A DNA stretch of 64,000 bases from NCBI GenBank assembly GCA_963755915.1, contig CAVWLP010000002.1, positions 4,384,001 through 4,448,000 on the forward strand. The letters are read 5' to 3'. Within the stretch, counting starts at the first letter, position 1; the number at the start of each line of letters is the position of its first letter. This DNA is from an uncultured Phycisphaerales bacterium. GTDB taxonomy: Bacteria > Planctomycetota > Phycisphaerae > Tepidisphaerales > Tepidisphaeraceae. Positions 50,618 to 62,884 of this stretch are shown piece after piece. A program made the translations under genes and the position numbers. The notes under the pieces were generated by a model. It had not been told where the DNA came from and ran no database searches. It saw nothing but the letters and a program-made list of their open reading frames with translations.

Positions 50618-53600
50618 ACGTCTCGGACCCATTTATCCGCCGGCCGGTTGCGACCACGCTGATCACCGCGGCGATCGCCATCGCGGGCATGATTGCATTC
50701 AAGGTTTTGCCGGTTTCACCCCTGCCGCAGGTGGATTTTCCGACGATTTCGGTCGGAGCCGGCTTACCCGGGGCCAGCGCGGAAATCATGGCCTCTTCGG
50801 TCGCCACCCCGCTGGAGCGGCAGTTTGGGCATATCGCGGGGGTGACCGAGATGACGTCCTCCAGCTCGCTGGGGACGACAACGGTTACCCTTCAATTTGA
50901 TCTGAGCCGCAATATCGACGGCGCCGCTCGCGACGTGGAAGCGGCGATCAATAACGCCCGCACATATTTGCCCGCGAATCTGCCGTCGAATCCCACCTAT
51001 CGCAAAGTAAATCCCGCCGACGCCCCGATCCTCATCCTGGGCCTTACCTCCGACATCTACGGGCCCGACAAGCTTTACGACGTGGCCTCGACGATCATCG
51101 AGCAAAAGCTTTCGCAGATAGAGGGGGTCGGCCAGGTGAGCGTGGGGGGTGGAGCCTTGCCCTCGGTGCGCGTCGATGCCAATCCCACGCAACTGGCGAA
51201 TTACGGCCTGGGCCTCAGCGATGTGCAAAAGGTTCTGAGCCTCCAGAATTCGGACATGCCCCGCGGGCAGATCGCCAATGCGGGGACGACGGCGGACATC
51301 ATCACCAATGGCCAAATATCGCATGCCGCCGATTACGCCCCGCTAATCATTGGCTATCACAACGGTCTTGCCGTGCGCCTGGAGGATGTGGCGAAGGTGA
51401 CCGACTCGGTACAGAACATCCGCGCGGGGGGATTTCTGAACGGGAAGCGCGCGGTGATCGTGATCGTTTTCCGCCAGCCGGGGGCAAATATCATTGAAAC
51501 CAATGAGCGAATTCTTGCCCAATTGCCCGCGGTCAAGGCGTCGATTCCGCAAGGTATAGAGACCACTGTCGTGCTCGACCGGACCACCACGATTCGCGCT
51601 TCGGTGAACAACGTTGAAGTAACGCTGATCATTGCGGTCAGCCTCGTGGTTGTGGTGGTTTTCGCGTTTTTACGCAATGCGCGGGCAACACTGATTCCGG
51701 GCGTCGCCGTCCCGATCTCCCTGATCGGCACGTTCGCGATCATGTACCTCTTCGGTTACAGCCTGGACAACCTTTCGCTGATGGCGCTGACGATCTGCAC
51801 GGGGTTCGTGGTAGACGACGCCATCGTGGTGATGGAGAACATCACCCGCCACCTCGAGGCGGGCATGAAGCCGTTCGAAGCGGCGCTGAAGGGACGCAGG
51901 AAATCGGGTTTACGGTCGTCACCATCAGCATTTCGCTCATCGCGGTCTTCATTCCGCTGTTGCTGATGGGCGGGATCGTCGGCCGGCTGTTCCGCGAGTT
52001 CGCGGTGACGCTTTCCACGGCCATCATGGTCTCAATGGTCGTCTCGCTGAGCACCACGCCCATGATGTGCGCTCACTTTCTCAAACCCATTCAAAATCAA
52101 AAGCACGGTCGCATTTATGCGGCGTCCGAACGAATATTCGATTCCATGCTCAAGCTTTACGACCGTACGCTTCAGTGGGTCCTCCTCAATCCCGCCCCAA
52201 TACTTTTCGTCCTTGCCCTGATCGTCGCTCTGAACGTCGTCATGATTTTAAAACTCCCCCAGGGGTTTTTTCCCCAGCAAGATACCGGCGCAATCGCGGG
52301 CGGCCTGCAGGGGCCCCAGGATGCGTCGTTCCCGTTTATGAATAATTCGATAAAAATGATTGCCGGTGTGGTCAAAAACGATCCGGCTGTGCAGAACGTT
52401 GTCGCATTCACCGGCGGCGGCGGGGCGACGAATACGGGCTTTGTATATATCGCGCTAAAGCCGCTCAAACAGCGGAAGGTGAGCGCGTTCGACGTGATCA
52501 ACCGCTTGCGGCCGAAGCTCAATCATCTCCCCGGGGCGTCGGTCTTCCTGCAGGCGGCGCAGGATTTGAGGATGGGCGGGCGAAGCAGCAACGCGATGTA
52601 TCAATACACGATCCAATCCGACAACGTGAACGACCTGCTCACCTGGGGACCGAAAATGCTGGCGGCGATGAAGAAACTGCCGGGCTTGCAGGACGTGAAC
52701 ACCGACCAGCAAAACGGCGGGCTCGATGAAATGTTGACCTATGATCGTGCGGCGGCGGCCAGGCTCGGCGTGACGCCGCAAACCCTCGATTCGGCACTCT
52801 ACAGCGCCTTCGGCCAGTCCGAAGTTTCGGTGATTTACACGCAGCTCAACCAATATTACGTCGTGCTCGAGGCCGCGCCGCAATATTGGCAAAGCCCCGA
52901 TGGGCTGAAGGCGATTTATCTCCAAAACTCGGGGCCCAATGGCGTTCCCATCGCGACGATGTCCGAGAATAGCAGCGGCACCACCCCGCTGGCGGTAAAT
53001 CACACCGGCCTGTTTCCATCGGTCACACTTTCGTTCAACTTGGCCCCGGGTGTTTCCCTCAGCCAGGTGACTACGCTACTCAACAACATGCAGAAGAAGA
53101 TCGGATTGCCGGACACGGTCCACGGGTTCTTCGCGGGCACGGCCGCCGCCTATCAGCAATCCAAAAACTCCGAATACGTCCTCGTCGTCACCGCCCTGCT
53201 AGCCGTCTATATCGTGCTTGGGATCCTCTATGAGAGCCTCGTCCATCCCATCACAATCATCTCCACCCTCCCCTCCGCCAGCGTCGGCGCAATGCTGGCC
53301 CTGATGATCTTCAAGCAAGAGCTCGACGTCATTTCCATCATCGGCATCGTTCTGCTGATCGGCATCGTCAAGAAAAACGCGATCATGATGATCGACTTTG
53401 CCCTACAGGCCGAAAGGAATGAGGGAAAGACCAGTGCCGATGCGATCTTCGAAGCCTGCATGCTCCGCTTCCGCCCGATCATGATGACGACGACCGCGGC
53501 GCTCTTCGGCGCTGTCCCCCTGGCGTTTGGAACGGGCACCGGATCCGAACTGCGCCGCCCGCTGGGAATCACGATCGTCGGCGGCCTGATCGTGAGCCAG

Positions 53601-53726
53601 TTGCTCACGCTCTACACGACGCCGGTGGTATACCTGGCGTTTGACCGCATGCGGCTGTACATGCAGGGCAAGCCCCAGGATACGTTCCATGGAAATGCGG
53701 GATTGATGCCGGCGCCGGCCAACTGA
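50614..53726 (+). CDS. mdtC: RND transporter, MdtC-like (frameshift ~51895)
   Basis: [44 protein letters not shown]. Confidence 0.92.
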
Positions 53727-53745
53727 GGGCTTTTAACAAACTATC

Positions 53746-55254
53746 ATGACCATCAAACTTCGATTTGCTCATATCTCTGTGGCCGGGGCGCTGCGCGTCG
53801 CGCTGTCAGCGTGCATGGTCGGCCCGAAATACCAAACCCCGCCGCCGCTTGCGGAATCGCCGCCCGACGCATATAAGGAAGTTTCCACGCAGCCCAGCGA
53901 CGCCGGCGAGTGGAAAGTCGCCGACCCGCGCGATGCCATGCTCCGCGGAAACTGGTGGGAGATTTTCAACGATCCCCAACTGAACGACCTGGAAAACCAG
54001 CTCAACATCAACAACCAGAACCTCAAGCAGTTCTTCCAGAATTTCATGGAAGCGCGGGCCCTGATCGGCGAAGCCAATTCCCAGCTCTATCCAACGGTGA
54101 CCGTTGGGCCAAGCTATTCTTATTCCCGTACTCCGTCTTCCTCCGCCCAGTCGTACGCCGGAACTGCCAATAACTTCTGGAGCGTCCCGTTTGACGCTTC
54201 CTGGGAAGTCGATCTCTGGGGCAAGCTGCGCAACGCCGTGAATTCAGCCGCTTTTACCAGCCAGACGAGCGCCGCCGACCTAGCCAACGAGCAGTTGTCC
54301 GAGCAGTCGAGCCTGGCGGTTTATTTCTTCGAAATCCGCGGAGAGGATGCGCTGATCAAGCTCTTTAACGACACCATCGACTTCGACAAGAAGCAGGTCC
54401 AGTACACGCTGGGGCAATATGAGACCGGCGTGGGTGACCAGATTTCGGTCGTCGAGGCGCAGAGCAATCTCGCCGGCACCGAGGCGGCCGCGACCAACCT
54501 TCAGATCGCCCGGGCACAGTACGAGCATGCCATCGCCGTGCTCGTCGGCAAAAATCCATCACAGTTTTCGATCCCGGTGAAGCTGCTGACTGCAACTCCC
54601 CCCACGATTCCAATCGGCCTGCCTTCGCAGCTTGTCGAGCGCCGCCCCGACGTCGCCGCCGCCGAGCGCACCATGGCCGCCGCCAACGCCCAGATCGGCA
54701 TCGCCGACGCGGCTTATTTTCCCGATCTCACCCTCAGCGGCGACGCTGGGTTTGAAAATGAGGATCTCGGCTCCCTCTTTAACTGGCCTTCCCGGTTCTG
54801 GTCGGTTGGGCCGTCCGTTTCCTACACGATCTTCGACGCCGGCATGCGACAGGCGACGGTAAACCAGTTCGTCGCAACCTTTAACGCCGACCTTGCCGCC
54901 TATCGCCAGACCGTTCTCGTCGCATTCCAGCAGGTGGAAGACAACCTCGCCGCCCTGCGGATCCTTTCACACCAATTGGTTCAGGAAAACCGTGCCGTGC
55001 AACTCGCGAGCAACTATGTAAACCTTGAGCTGGGACGCTATCAGACCGGCATCGATCCCTATCTCGACGTCGTCATCGCCCAGACGACGCTGCTCGGCGA
55101 TCAGCAGACGCTTTTGAACGTACAAATCGAAGAAATGACCTCGGCGGTACAATTAATCACCGCCCTTGGCGGCGGATGGGACAGCACGCAACTGCCCACC
55201 ACCCGCCAGGTCGAGCAATGGCCCACAACGCAGGAGACGGCGATTCAGAAGTGA
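53746..55254 (+). CDS. Outer-membrane efflux lipoprotein (NodT/OprM family)
   Basis: LSACMVGPKY lipobox, WWEIFNDPQL, ERRPDVAAAER, ALGGGW. Confidence 0.92.
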   Translation: MTIKLRFAHISVAGALRVALSACMVGPKYQTPPPLAESPPDAYKEVSTQPSDAGEWKVADPRDAMLRGNWWEIFNDPQLNDLENQLNINNQNLKQFFQNFMEARALIGEANSQLYPTVTVGPSYSYSRTPSSSAQSYAGTANNFWSVPFDASWEVDLWGKLRNAVNSAAFTSQTSAADLANEQLSEQSSLAVYFFEIRGEDALIKLFNDTIDFDKKQVQYTLGQYETGVGDQISVVEAQSNLAGTEAAATNLQIARAQYEHAIAVLVGKNPSQFSIPVKLLTATPPTIPIGLPSQLVERRPDVAAAERTMAAANAQIGIADAAYFPDLTLSGDAGFENEDLGSLFNWPSRFWSVGPSVSYTIFDAGMRQATVNQFVATFNADLAAYRQTVLVAFQQVEDNLAALRILSHQLVQENRAVQLASNYVNLELGRYQTGIDPYLDVVIAQTTLLGDQQTLLNVQIEEMTSAVQLITALGGGWDSTQLPTTRQVEQWPTTQETAIQK

Positions 55255-55744
55255 ACGGATTGCTCGCCAACGCCGAGAGCTGGGACCCGTCGCAAACGGA
55301 ATTGGTCCTGATCCTGCTCTGCGCCGGCGGAATCATCGGCGTTGCCGCGATGGTCGGCCTCGTCATCATCGCAATCAAGCGTCGGCAGCACACGCATACC
55401 CAGCCAATTTTCACGGCCGTCATGTTCTGGGGCCTGATTTCGCTGGGCTCGATCGTCTATGCAACGATCACGCAGTTGAACTGGGACAAACAGTATTTTT
55501 GCAGCTCCTCAGCGGGTATGGCGATCCGAATGACGTGGGGCCGGCCTTGCCGTGGATTACCTGGACCCTGTTGCTCGCCGCTTACTTTGGGCTGTTGCTT
55601 TGGACTTTCGCAAACGTAAGCCCGCGCGAAATCAAACCCGCGCATTCGGACGCGGGGAACAATGGAAATGGTCAGTCGAATAAAGGGCCGTATGAATCGA
55701 GAACATCCAAGCATCCTTCGGATCGTCTGGACCGGCCGAAATAA
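55251..55744 (+). CDS. Hypothetical membrane protein (frameshift ~55500)
   Basis: GTGA overlap with the OMF stop; hydrophobic segments in two successive frames. Confidence 0.5.
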
Positions 55745-55752
55745 ATCAGCCC

Positions 55753-58038
55753 TCATTGAATATCAAAATCAACCGCCGCGCTTTTGAGGCCTGCCGATGA
55801 TACGGCGAGGCGCGCCCGCCCCACCGCTCCGGTAGTTTCCAGGTAGATCAGCATTCGCCCGCGATAGGCGCGGTGATGGGGAGCCTGATAGCTTTCGTGG
55901 CTCGATGCATCGCCGTTTTCGATGCCGAGGATTCGCACGAGGCCGGTGATTTCGGCGGTGATTTCCGGGGCAGCCGCAGCATCGCGATTTCCGTTTTCAT
56001 CCACGCATTGAATCTCGACCTGCGCGACCCGCCCATCGCCGCCGGCGGAGAGTTTTGTCTTGTCAGCCTCAATCGATAGTGCCTGGGCCGGGTTCGCACG
56101 TGCGAGATTAAATCGGCACACCTCTGTTGACTGCCCCTCGCGCGAATCGCGCCCGATTGCCGTCAGCTTTCCGGAATCGAACACCAGCGGCCAAACGAGT
56201 ATATGGCTCGCCTCCAGCCGCCTTACGCCCAACGAATTCCCATCGTGAATTAGCTCCACCGAATCGCAATTGGTGTAGCAAACCACAAAGTGCGCCGTCG
56301 GCCACAGATAGCACATCGGCTCCGATGACCAGAGGCTTTTACGGAAGTAATAGCGCGGCTTCGGAAAACCCGCCAGGTCCAACAAGCCCGCTTCATTGCT
56401 GCGCCGCGGCCACGGTGGCGCCTCTCCCAGATAGTCAATTCCCGTCCAGAGGAATTGCCCCGCGACGTAAGGGTTATTCTGCACCGCCAGCCACGCTGGA
56501 AGGGCCTGCGCGTTTTCGCTCCCCATGATGATGCGCGACGGATATTGCGCGTGATCCTGTGCGTAGCGCATTTCCTGGTAGTTGTATCCGACGACATCGA
56601 GCTGATTGCAATAGAGATTGGTCGCGATCGAGGCGCAGGCCGCCGTGATCGGCCGGGTGTTGTCCAGTCCACGGACTGTACGGATTAACCGGGCCGCGAT
56701 TGGCGGCAACTCGGGCGAGTTAGGCGGATAGGCATCGTTGCGATAGTCGATTTCGTTGCCGATCGACCACAGGACAACCGATGGGTGGTTGCGATCGCGG
56801 CGGATCATCGCCGACAGATCGAAGGTCGACCAGTCATTGAAATCCTTCGAATATCCGTCCGTGACGAACTTGCCCTGGTTGTGCCCGTTGGTCCATTTCC
56901 GCTTGCCGCGCGTCCATTCGTCAAAGGCTTCGTCCATCACCAGAAATCCCATGCGATCGCACAGATCAAGAAATTCCGGCGCTGGCGGGTTGTGACTTGT
57001 GCGGATGGCGTTGGCGCCCATTTGCTTCAGCAATTCGAGACGGCGCTGCCAGACCTCGATGGGAATCGCCGACCCAAGCGCCCCGGCGTCCTCGTGTAGG
57101 CAAACGCCCTTGAGCTTCATCGACTTGCCATTAAGGGAGAACCCAGTGTTAGCGTCGAAATCGAAAAAACGAATGCCGACCGGCACCAAATGAGAATCGA
57201 CGATCTGGCCAGAAAATTGAATATTGATATGCAGGCGATAGAGATAGGGATCGTCGGTGGACCAGAGATGGGGATTAGGAATCGTCAAAGAATCCGAAAA
57301 ATGGCCGGGATCCTGGGCCGGCAGAACGAATGGCCGAGCCGTGCCGGCGACTTCCTTTCCGTCCGCGTCCAGCAGCGTATAGACCAGGGTCCCCGCGCGA
57401 TTGGCCGTATCGTGATCCACATCGACGCCGACCACCACCCTCGCCTCGCCCCCGCTGATTTGCGGCGTCGTGATGACAATGTCATCGGAATCGAGGTGAA
57501 GAGGATTGGCAGATTCAAGGAAGACGTGACGATAGATCCCCGAACCCGTATACCATCGGGCGTCGGCCACGGCGGAATGATCCACGCGGACGGCGATTTC
57601 GTTCGGAACGTTGCCGAAGTTCAGATACTTATCGATGTCATACTCGACCGGCAGATAGCCATTGGGGCGCTCGCCTAGGAAGTGGCCATTGATCCAAACG
57701 CTTGAGTTGTCGTAAATACCGTCGAAGCGGATCCAGACGATTTTGCCGCGTGCGCTTTGGGGGACGGTAAACTGTTTGCGATACCACCCGATGCCATTGG
57801 GAAGATATGCGTTGCAACTGGCGTTTTTCTGATCGAATGCCCCCTCGATCGACCAGTCGTGCGGCAACTCCACATTCCGCCAACTGGAATCATCGAAATT
57901 CGACGCCGGCGCGTCCGGCGTATCACCCAAATGAAATTTCCACCCCTCATCGAAAGGCGAAGAGACCTCCGCCGCCGCACGCGAAATGAGCGCGAGCAGC
58001 GCGAATGTCGCAAGCAGAGTTGATCTCATCGATCCCAT
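55753..58038 (-). CDS. Glycoside hydrolase family 2 (beta-galactosidase-like), secreted
   Basis: LPHDWSIE, GWYRK, RWYTGSGIYR, KGVCLH, IRTSHNP, RDRNHPSVVLWSIGNE, WTGIDYLGE. Confidence 0.93.
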   Translation of the reverse strand: MGSMRSTLLATFALLALISRAAAEVSSPFDEGWKFHLGDTPDAPASNFDDSSWRNVELPHDWSIEGAFDQKNASCNAYLPNGIGWYRKQFTVPQSARGKIVWIRFDGIYDNSSVWINGHFLGERPNGYLPVEYDIDKYLNFGNVPNEIAVRVDHSAVADARWYTGSGIYRHVFLESANPLHLDSDDIVITTPQISGGEARVVVGVDVDHDTANRAGTLVYTLLDADGKEVAGTARPFVLPAQDPGHFSDSLTIPNPHLWSTDDPYLYRLHINIQFSGQIVDSHLVPVGIRFFDFDANTGFSLNGKSMKLKGVCLHEDAGALGSAIPIEVWQRRLELLKQMGANAIRTSHNPPAPEFLDLCDRMGFLVMDEAFDEWTRGKRKWTNGHNQGKFVTDGYSKDFNDWSTFDLSAMIRRDRNHPSVVLWSIGNEIDYRNDAYPPNSPELPPIAARLIRTVRGLDNTRPITAACASIATNLYCNQLDVVGYNYQEMRYAQDHAQYPSRIIMGSENAQALPAWLAVQNNPYVAGQFLWTGIDYLGEAPPWPRRSNEAGLLDLAGFPKPRYYFRKSLWSSEPMCYLWPTAHFVVCYTNCDSVELIHDGNSLGVRRLEASHILVWPLVFDSGKLTAIGRDSREGQSTEVCRFNLARANPAQALSIEADKTKLSAGGDGRVAQVEIQCVDENGNRDAAAAPEITAEITGLVRILGIENGDASSHESYQAPHHRAYRGRMLIYLETTGAVGRARLAVSSAGLKSAAVDFDIQ

Positions 58039-59138
58039 TTACTTTTGAGATTCCCCCAGCAACTCCTCGAGATACTGTTTCCACACCGCAGCCATCATGC
58101 AGGTGCCATGTCCATCCGTCTCTTCGCTTTCCGGAATGACAACGGCTTTGCCATTTTTCACCAGGCGCATGTTCGTTTCCAGCAACCCAAGGTCCGGCGG
58201 GTTGATCAGATCGTCCGCCGAATTGACGGCAATGAGCGGGGCTTCGATTTTTCCCAGCTTATTCGTCGGATCGTAATCGGTTGAGCTTTCAACCGCATAA
58301 AGCACATTATTGGCGTCGAGGGTTTTCATCGCGCCGTCCGCGGAGGCGTCGAGGATTTTGTCGGCCGACTGTGCCGACGGCGCCTGCCGATATCGATGCG
58401 CGGGATTGCCGCTCATGAAATAAAGCATCTCCGCCGCAAGGCGGAGGCTATGTGGCTCGGAAGTGTAATTCCCCCCCTGCCACTGCGGGTCGGTGCGAAT
58501 CATCTCGCTGATCATCCGCCGCCACATGCGGTTGCGCCCGCCAATCGGCGCCGGCAGGCTCGCCAGCGGCATCAGCGCATCCATAAACTGCGGATACATT
58601 TCGCCCCAAAGCCAGGTGTGCATTCCGCCCATCGAAGTCCCGATCACCAGCCGAAGGTGATTAACCCCCAGCCCTTCAACCAGAAGCCGATGCTCGGCTT
58701 CCACCATATCCACGTAACGATAATCGGGAAAATTGGCCCTCAATCCGTCGCTGGGTTTGGTGGATTTGCCATGCCCGATGTCGTCCGGAAAAATCAGATA
58801 ATATTTCTGCGCGTCCAGAAGCTGCCCAGGATTGAAAAGCTCGCCGGCAAATTCCTTCACAAAAAACTGTTTTCCGCTTCCGGTAGTGCCGTGGAGGACC
58901 AGAACGGCATTGGTGACGAGGCCGTTGCCGTTAGTTTTAGGCCGTCCGAGTGTGCGGTAGTGGATCCGAAGCTGCGGAAAGTTTTCGCCGGCGTGGAAGC
59001 GGAAGTCGTGGATAACGAAATCGCCTTCTGTCGGCTGCGGAAAATCCGCCGCCCGCGCGGCAACGCCGATCGCCAGAAGGCACAGTGCCATGACAGCCGC
59101 AAATCCGCGTTCAGGTTTGAACGGCACAGATGGGGTCA
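58039..59138 (-). CDS. Alpha/beta hydrolase, homoserine-O-acetyltransferase-like (start uncertain)
   Basis: LHGTTGSG, IGHGKS.KPSDG, GTSMGGM, NSADD, GHGT. Confidence 0.85.
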
Positions 59139-59480
59139 TATTCCTGGTAAGAATGCTGATCGCCTCTATCGGAATCGAACGCTGCGCCGATTTCAAGTGA
59201 GCCTGGCAATTTTATAAGCTCGTAGTCCTCCCATTTTCCCACCACCGTCGCACCATCGCTGTACGCTTCAGCGACAACCCGCCTCGCAGGACGCGACAAA
59301 AGCGGTGGTGGTCGTTTTCGAGCGGATGATACCCTTCCGATTTCCATCCTGAACCCGCCTTCGGCTTCACACAAAAATAGCCCATTTTCGGCCGAAAAAT
59401 TGCGAGTTTTGTTTGATTTCGCTCCGGCCCAGCCGCTAATTTCCAGCCCAGAAAGTCTTGTCGAGTCCGCTAGTGAGAAA

Positions 59481-60257
59481 ATGCTTGCGGACGGCTCCGG
59501 CACTGCCGGGTGGCACAAACCCGGTGATGCCCATTGGAGCCGATCCGCGATTGAAAACAGGAGGCACCTTGAGCACGGCACGTCTGAGCGCGCAAGCGCT
59601 TTTGTGTTCGTCGTTGGAATTTGTCTGAGCTTCGTACCCAGCATAGCCGGTGCCCATGCCCCGGGCGGCATTGGCTGCACTACGACCCGGCCGTCCTGGC
59701 CAGGTAGTGATGGCCAGTGGTATTCCTGCAAAACGCCAACCACGCGCCCCGACCGCGCCGATTGGCCCGACCGTTTCAAATGGCATTACGACCTCACCGC
59801 CCCCGGCGATTGCTCCGGCGCCCAGCCCACAACCCGTCCGGCGTGCGGCGACTCCGATGACTCCGGCGATTCCCCATGGAACGATCCAAACTGGTGGAAA
59901 TCGCCTGGCAAACAGGATTGCTCCAATTCCGGCGACTCCCAATCGTCCTCTGATGGGCAAACAGATCCCAACGGGCAAGACTGCGGCACATGGCCCCAGA
60001 ATAATGATTCCAGTTCATCGTGCTCGACCAGCGGTGATTCAACCAGCGACGACACATCGTCAAACTGCGGCAACCCCAGCGACTGCAATTCCAGCGGGGA
60101 CGATTCTTCCACCAGCGACAAATTCTCCTCGTCCTGGTGCATGACCGGGAGCAGCGGCAGCACCGACCCGGCAGCAGTGCCGGAGCCGGCCTCGGCCGGA
60201 TTGGTCGCTGTGATCGGCTCAGCAATGCTGGCACGCCGCCGTCAGCGCCGCGGGTGA
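59481..60257 (+). CDS. PEP-CTERM protein 8, Ser/Asp/Cys-rich low complexity (start uncertain)
   Basis: VPEPASAGL...ARRRQRR; signal-like AFVFVVGICLSFVPSIAGA. Confidence 0.75.
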   Translation: MLADGSGTAGWHKPGDAHWSRSAIENRRHLEHGTSERASAFVFVVGICLSFVPSIAGAHAPGGIGCTTTRPSWPGSDGQWYSCKTPTTRPDRADWPDRFKWHYDLTAPGDCSGAQPTTRPACGDSDDSGDSPWNDPNWWKSPGKQDCSNSGDSQSSSDGQTDPNGQDCGTWPQNNDSSSSCSTSGDSTSDDTSSNCGNPSDCNSSGDDSSTSDKFSSSWCMTGSSGSTDPAAVPEPASAGLVAVIGSAMLARRRQRRG

Positions 60258-60317
60258 GTTTTTCGCGGTGAGTTTTTCGCCCAGCAAATAAATTGCAGCG
60301 ACTGCATTTCCTCCGTC

Positions 60318-61296
60318 TCACTGCACCAGCGTCCACGTATCGTCCGGATCGTACGTATCGATCTGCGATGCAATCTCCTGCGTGTTTGACCCCAGATCCT
60401 TTTGGTAGACTTTCCCTTCATGGTTCACGATGAAGCTCATGATCCCCGTGTTACCGTATTGCGGGGTAGGCAATCATGGCAAAGCCCGCGAACATGCGGC
60501 CATTGATGATGTAGCTGTAAGCCCCTGCCGGTGTGTCGGGCCCTTGCTTGGTGAGAATTCGGAAAAAGTAACCACGATACGGCTTGGCGCCGGAGCCGAG
60601 TTTTTTCCCGTACCCCTGCGCCTGTGCATCCGCCACCAGCGGACCGAAGGGGCTTTCCTCTTCGCCTTCACCAGCCGGCCAATAAAGGCCGTCCTTTTTG
60701 CCCGGAGATGATTTTATCTTCTGCGCGTATTGCAAAACCGAATCACCCATCCGGTCCTTCGAGGCATATTCGCGCTGCGCCTCCACGTAGGCGTGCATCA
60801 CGCTGATGGTGGTCAATTCGTCGTCACCGATCCGGCGATTCAGGATTTCGTCTTCCCCCGACGCGGTGTCGAAATACCATCGCCCCGAACCCTCTTTTAA
60901 AATCGGAATAGGGAACGGCCAATCCTTGTTTCCGATATGGACGATCGCCTTGCCGTCATCCACCTGCTCGACGCGGTCTGCTTCACCGGCGTGCTTGGCG
61001 AAATGGTCCATGTCATTGGCGTCCTGAACCGGATCCCCGGAAACCAGGTCGTCCAGCGCGGGTCCAAGGATTTTGCGAAGTTCCGATTTGTCTTTGTCCT
61101 TCGCCGCGCCGATCAGCGCGTTGGCCGCGTCCTTAGGCGAATCGTAGGTAGCCTGATCCGCCGACGGACCCGACGGAACGGTGGTCGGCGCGACTTGGTC
61201 ACCGCGGGCCGGGCTGAATGTGAGCACGAAACCGGCCGCGAGGAATATCTGGCTCAGGATCAGCCATGAAATGGAGGATTCATAAATTCTGGCCAT
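60318..61296 (-). CDS. DUF2950 family protein (frameshift ~60460)
   Basis: WPFPIPI, EILNRRIG, YAQKIKSSPGKKDGLYW, PYRGYFFRIL; continues YGNTGIMSFIVNHEGKVYQKDLG. Confidence 0.88.
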
Positions 61297-61348
61297 AACA
61301 CTACTCCCAACAAGTCCGCGAAATTCACGAGTTGATTTTCGCAATTCC

Positions 61349-62696
61349 TCATTGACGCCGACCGCCCCCACTGCCCCCACCACCACTGCCTCCACCACCA
61401 CTTCCGCGGCTACCACCGCCGCCTCCCCCGCCCCTGGCTGCGCCGCGGCTCTCCGCGCCGCGCTGGCTTTGTGCCGCGGCGGAACGAGCCGAGCCGTCGC
61501 TCCCCATCCCTGGCCTGGAACCGCCGGAAGGCGGAGCCGGCCTTGAGCGGCTGTCGCGGCCGCGATCGGAATCCGGTCGTCCGCCGCTCGGGCGGTCGGC
61601 ATCGCCAATCCCCCCGCCCCGACCTGGCGGAGGTGGCGAAGCGCCCGGCCGCCCGCCGCCCGGATTACCGGGGCCCGGTCGGCCACGATCGTCACCCGGC
61701 TGCCGAGGCGGCGGATAAATTCCCGGAGGGCGATTGACCGGCGGCCGATTCGCCGGCGGGCGCGCCAGGCCCCCCACCACCCGGCCACGGACGATTTGGA
61801 TTCGGCCGGCCGGGAATAATTGGCGGCCGCATCGGTGGACGATACGGCGGACGGCCCGGACGCGGACGCCACGGATGTGGCCTCCCATCCCACCCAGGCC
61901 GATATCCATATCGATACGGCGGCCAGCCCCCAGGGCGGTTATAGATCGGCACCCACACGCCCCCGCGCCAGTATCTCCATCCCCCGCCGACGACGATGTA
62001 ACCGCCACGCCAGCTCCAACCGTTGTCCAGCCAGATTCCCGTAGCCAGCGGCGGTCCAAAAGTGATCCGCGCATTTGCCACGATCCCCGGCGGCGGAGCC
62101 ACGTAAACCACCTGCGGATCGTAAACGGGAACGTAAACGTATTGCGGATCGGTTGGCACGATCTGAATGCCATCATCGTCGCTGACGACAGTCTGCTGCT
62201 GCGTGTTCACGAGCGACCCCACGCTGGCGGCCTGAGCCCGAAGCCGCTGGATCGAGGCCGCGACATCCGCCTGTTGCGTGGCGAAGGCGTTGCCGACTTC
62301 CGCCGTCCAGTCCGGATACCCCGCCAACATTTGAAGAACGCTTGGATACCGCGCAATCGCCTGCACCGACGGGTCCCACGGCTGGTCGTCAATCTGATTG
62401 GGATCGTTGCCCGCGGCAATCCACGCCGCCGCCGCCGCGATGTCATCCGGCTCCGCCGCCGCAGGGAGAATCTGCGCCAGCAGTGGGTCGGGATATAGCG
62501 CGATGGGCGAAAGCAACTCGTCGAGCTGGTCCGCCGTCATCGGCGGCTGACCGACCCCCTCGGGAGGCGGCGTCACCGGAGGAGCGGTGTAATCCCCATC
62601 AGCGAATACGGGCAGGCACGCGAGCACCGTCGCGAGAACCATGGCGGCCAGCACCATCCCCATGATGTGCCTGATTTCCCTCACGACATCTCCCAT
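61349..62696 (-). CDS. DUF3300 family protein with Pro/Gly/Arg tail (frameshift ~61775)
   Basis: LDELLSPIALYPDPLLAQIL, WDPSVQA, IQRLRAQA, VYVPVYDP; the usual partner of DUF2950. Confidence 0.88.
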
Positions 62697-62800
62697 CGGT
62701 GCCCAGAGCCACCACAATAAACCGACGCCCCTCCCATTCTATTCGACCTTGGGCCGCAATTCGATGAGCGATCCCCCCTCCCAGAGGGATTAACCGCCAC

Positions 62801-62884
62801 TGGCCTCTATCGGAGTCGAACCGATACGCCCTTGCGGGCATTGGATTTTGAGTCCAACGCGTCTGCCAATTCCGCCAAGAGGCC
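62801..62884 (-). tRNA. tRNA-Leu(CAA), CCA not encoded
   Basis: GGCCTCT/AGAGGCC acceptor stem, GGCGGAATTGGCAGACGC D arm, TTGGA-CTCAAAA-TCCAA anticodon arm, long variable arm, GGTTCGACTCC. Confidence 0.96.

Noticed and set aside
59495-59600. Sigma54 promoter before PEP-CTERM 8
   Set aside because: Several GGCAC words are present, but none has GC exactly 10 nt after the GG
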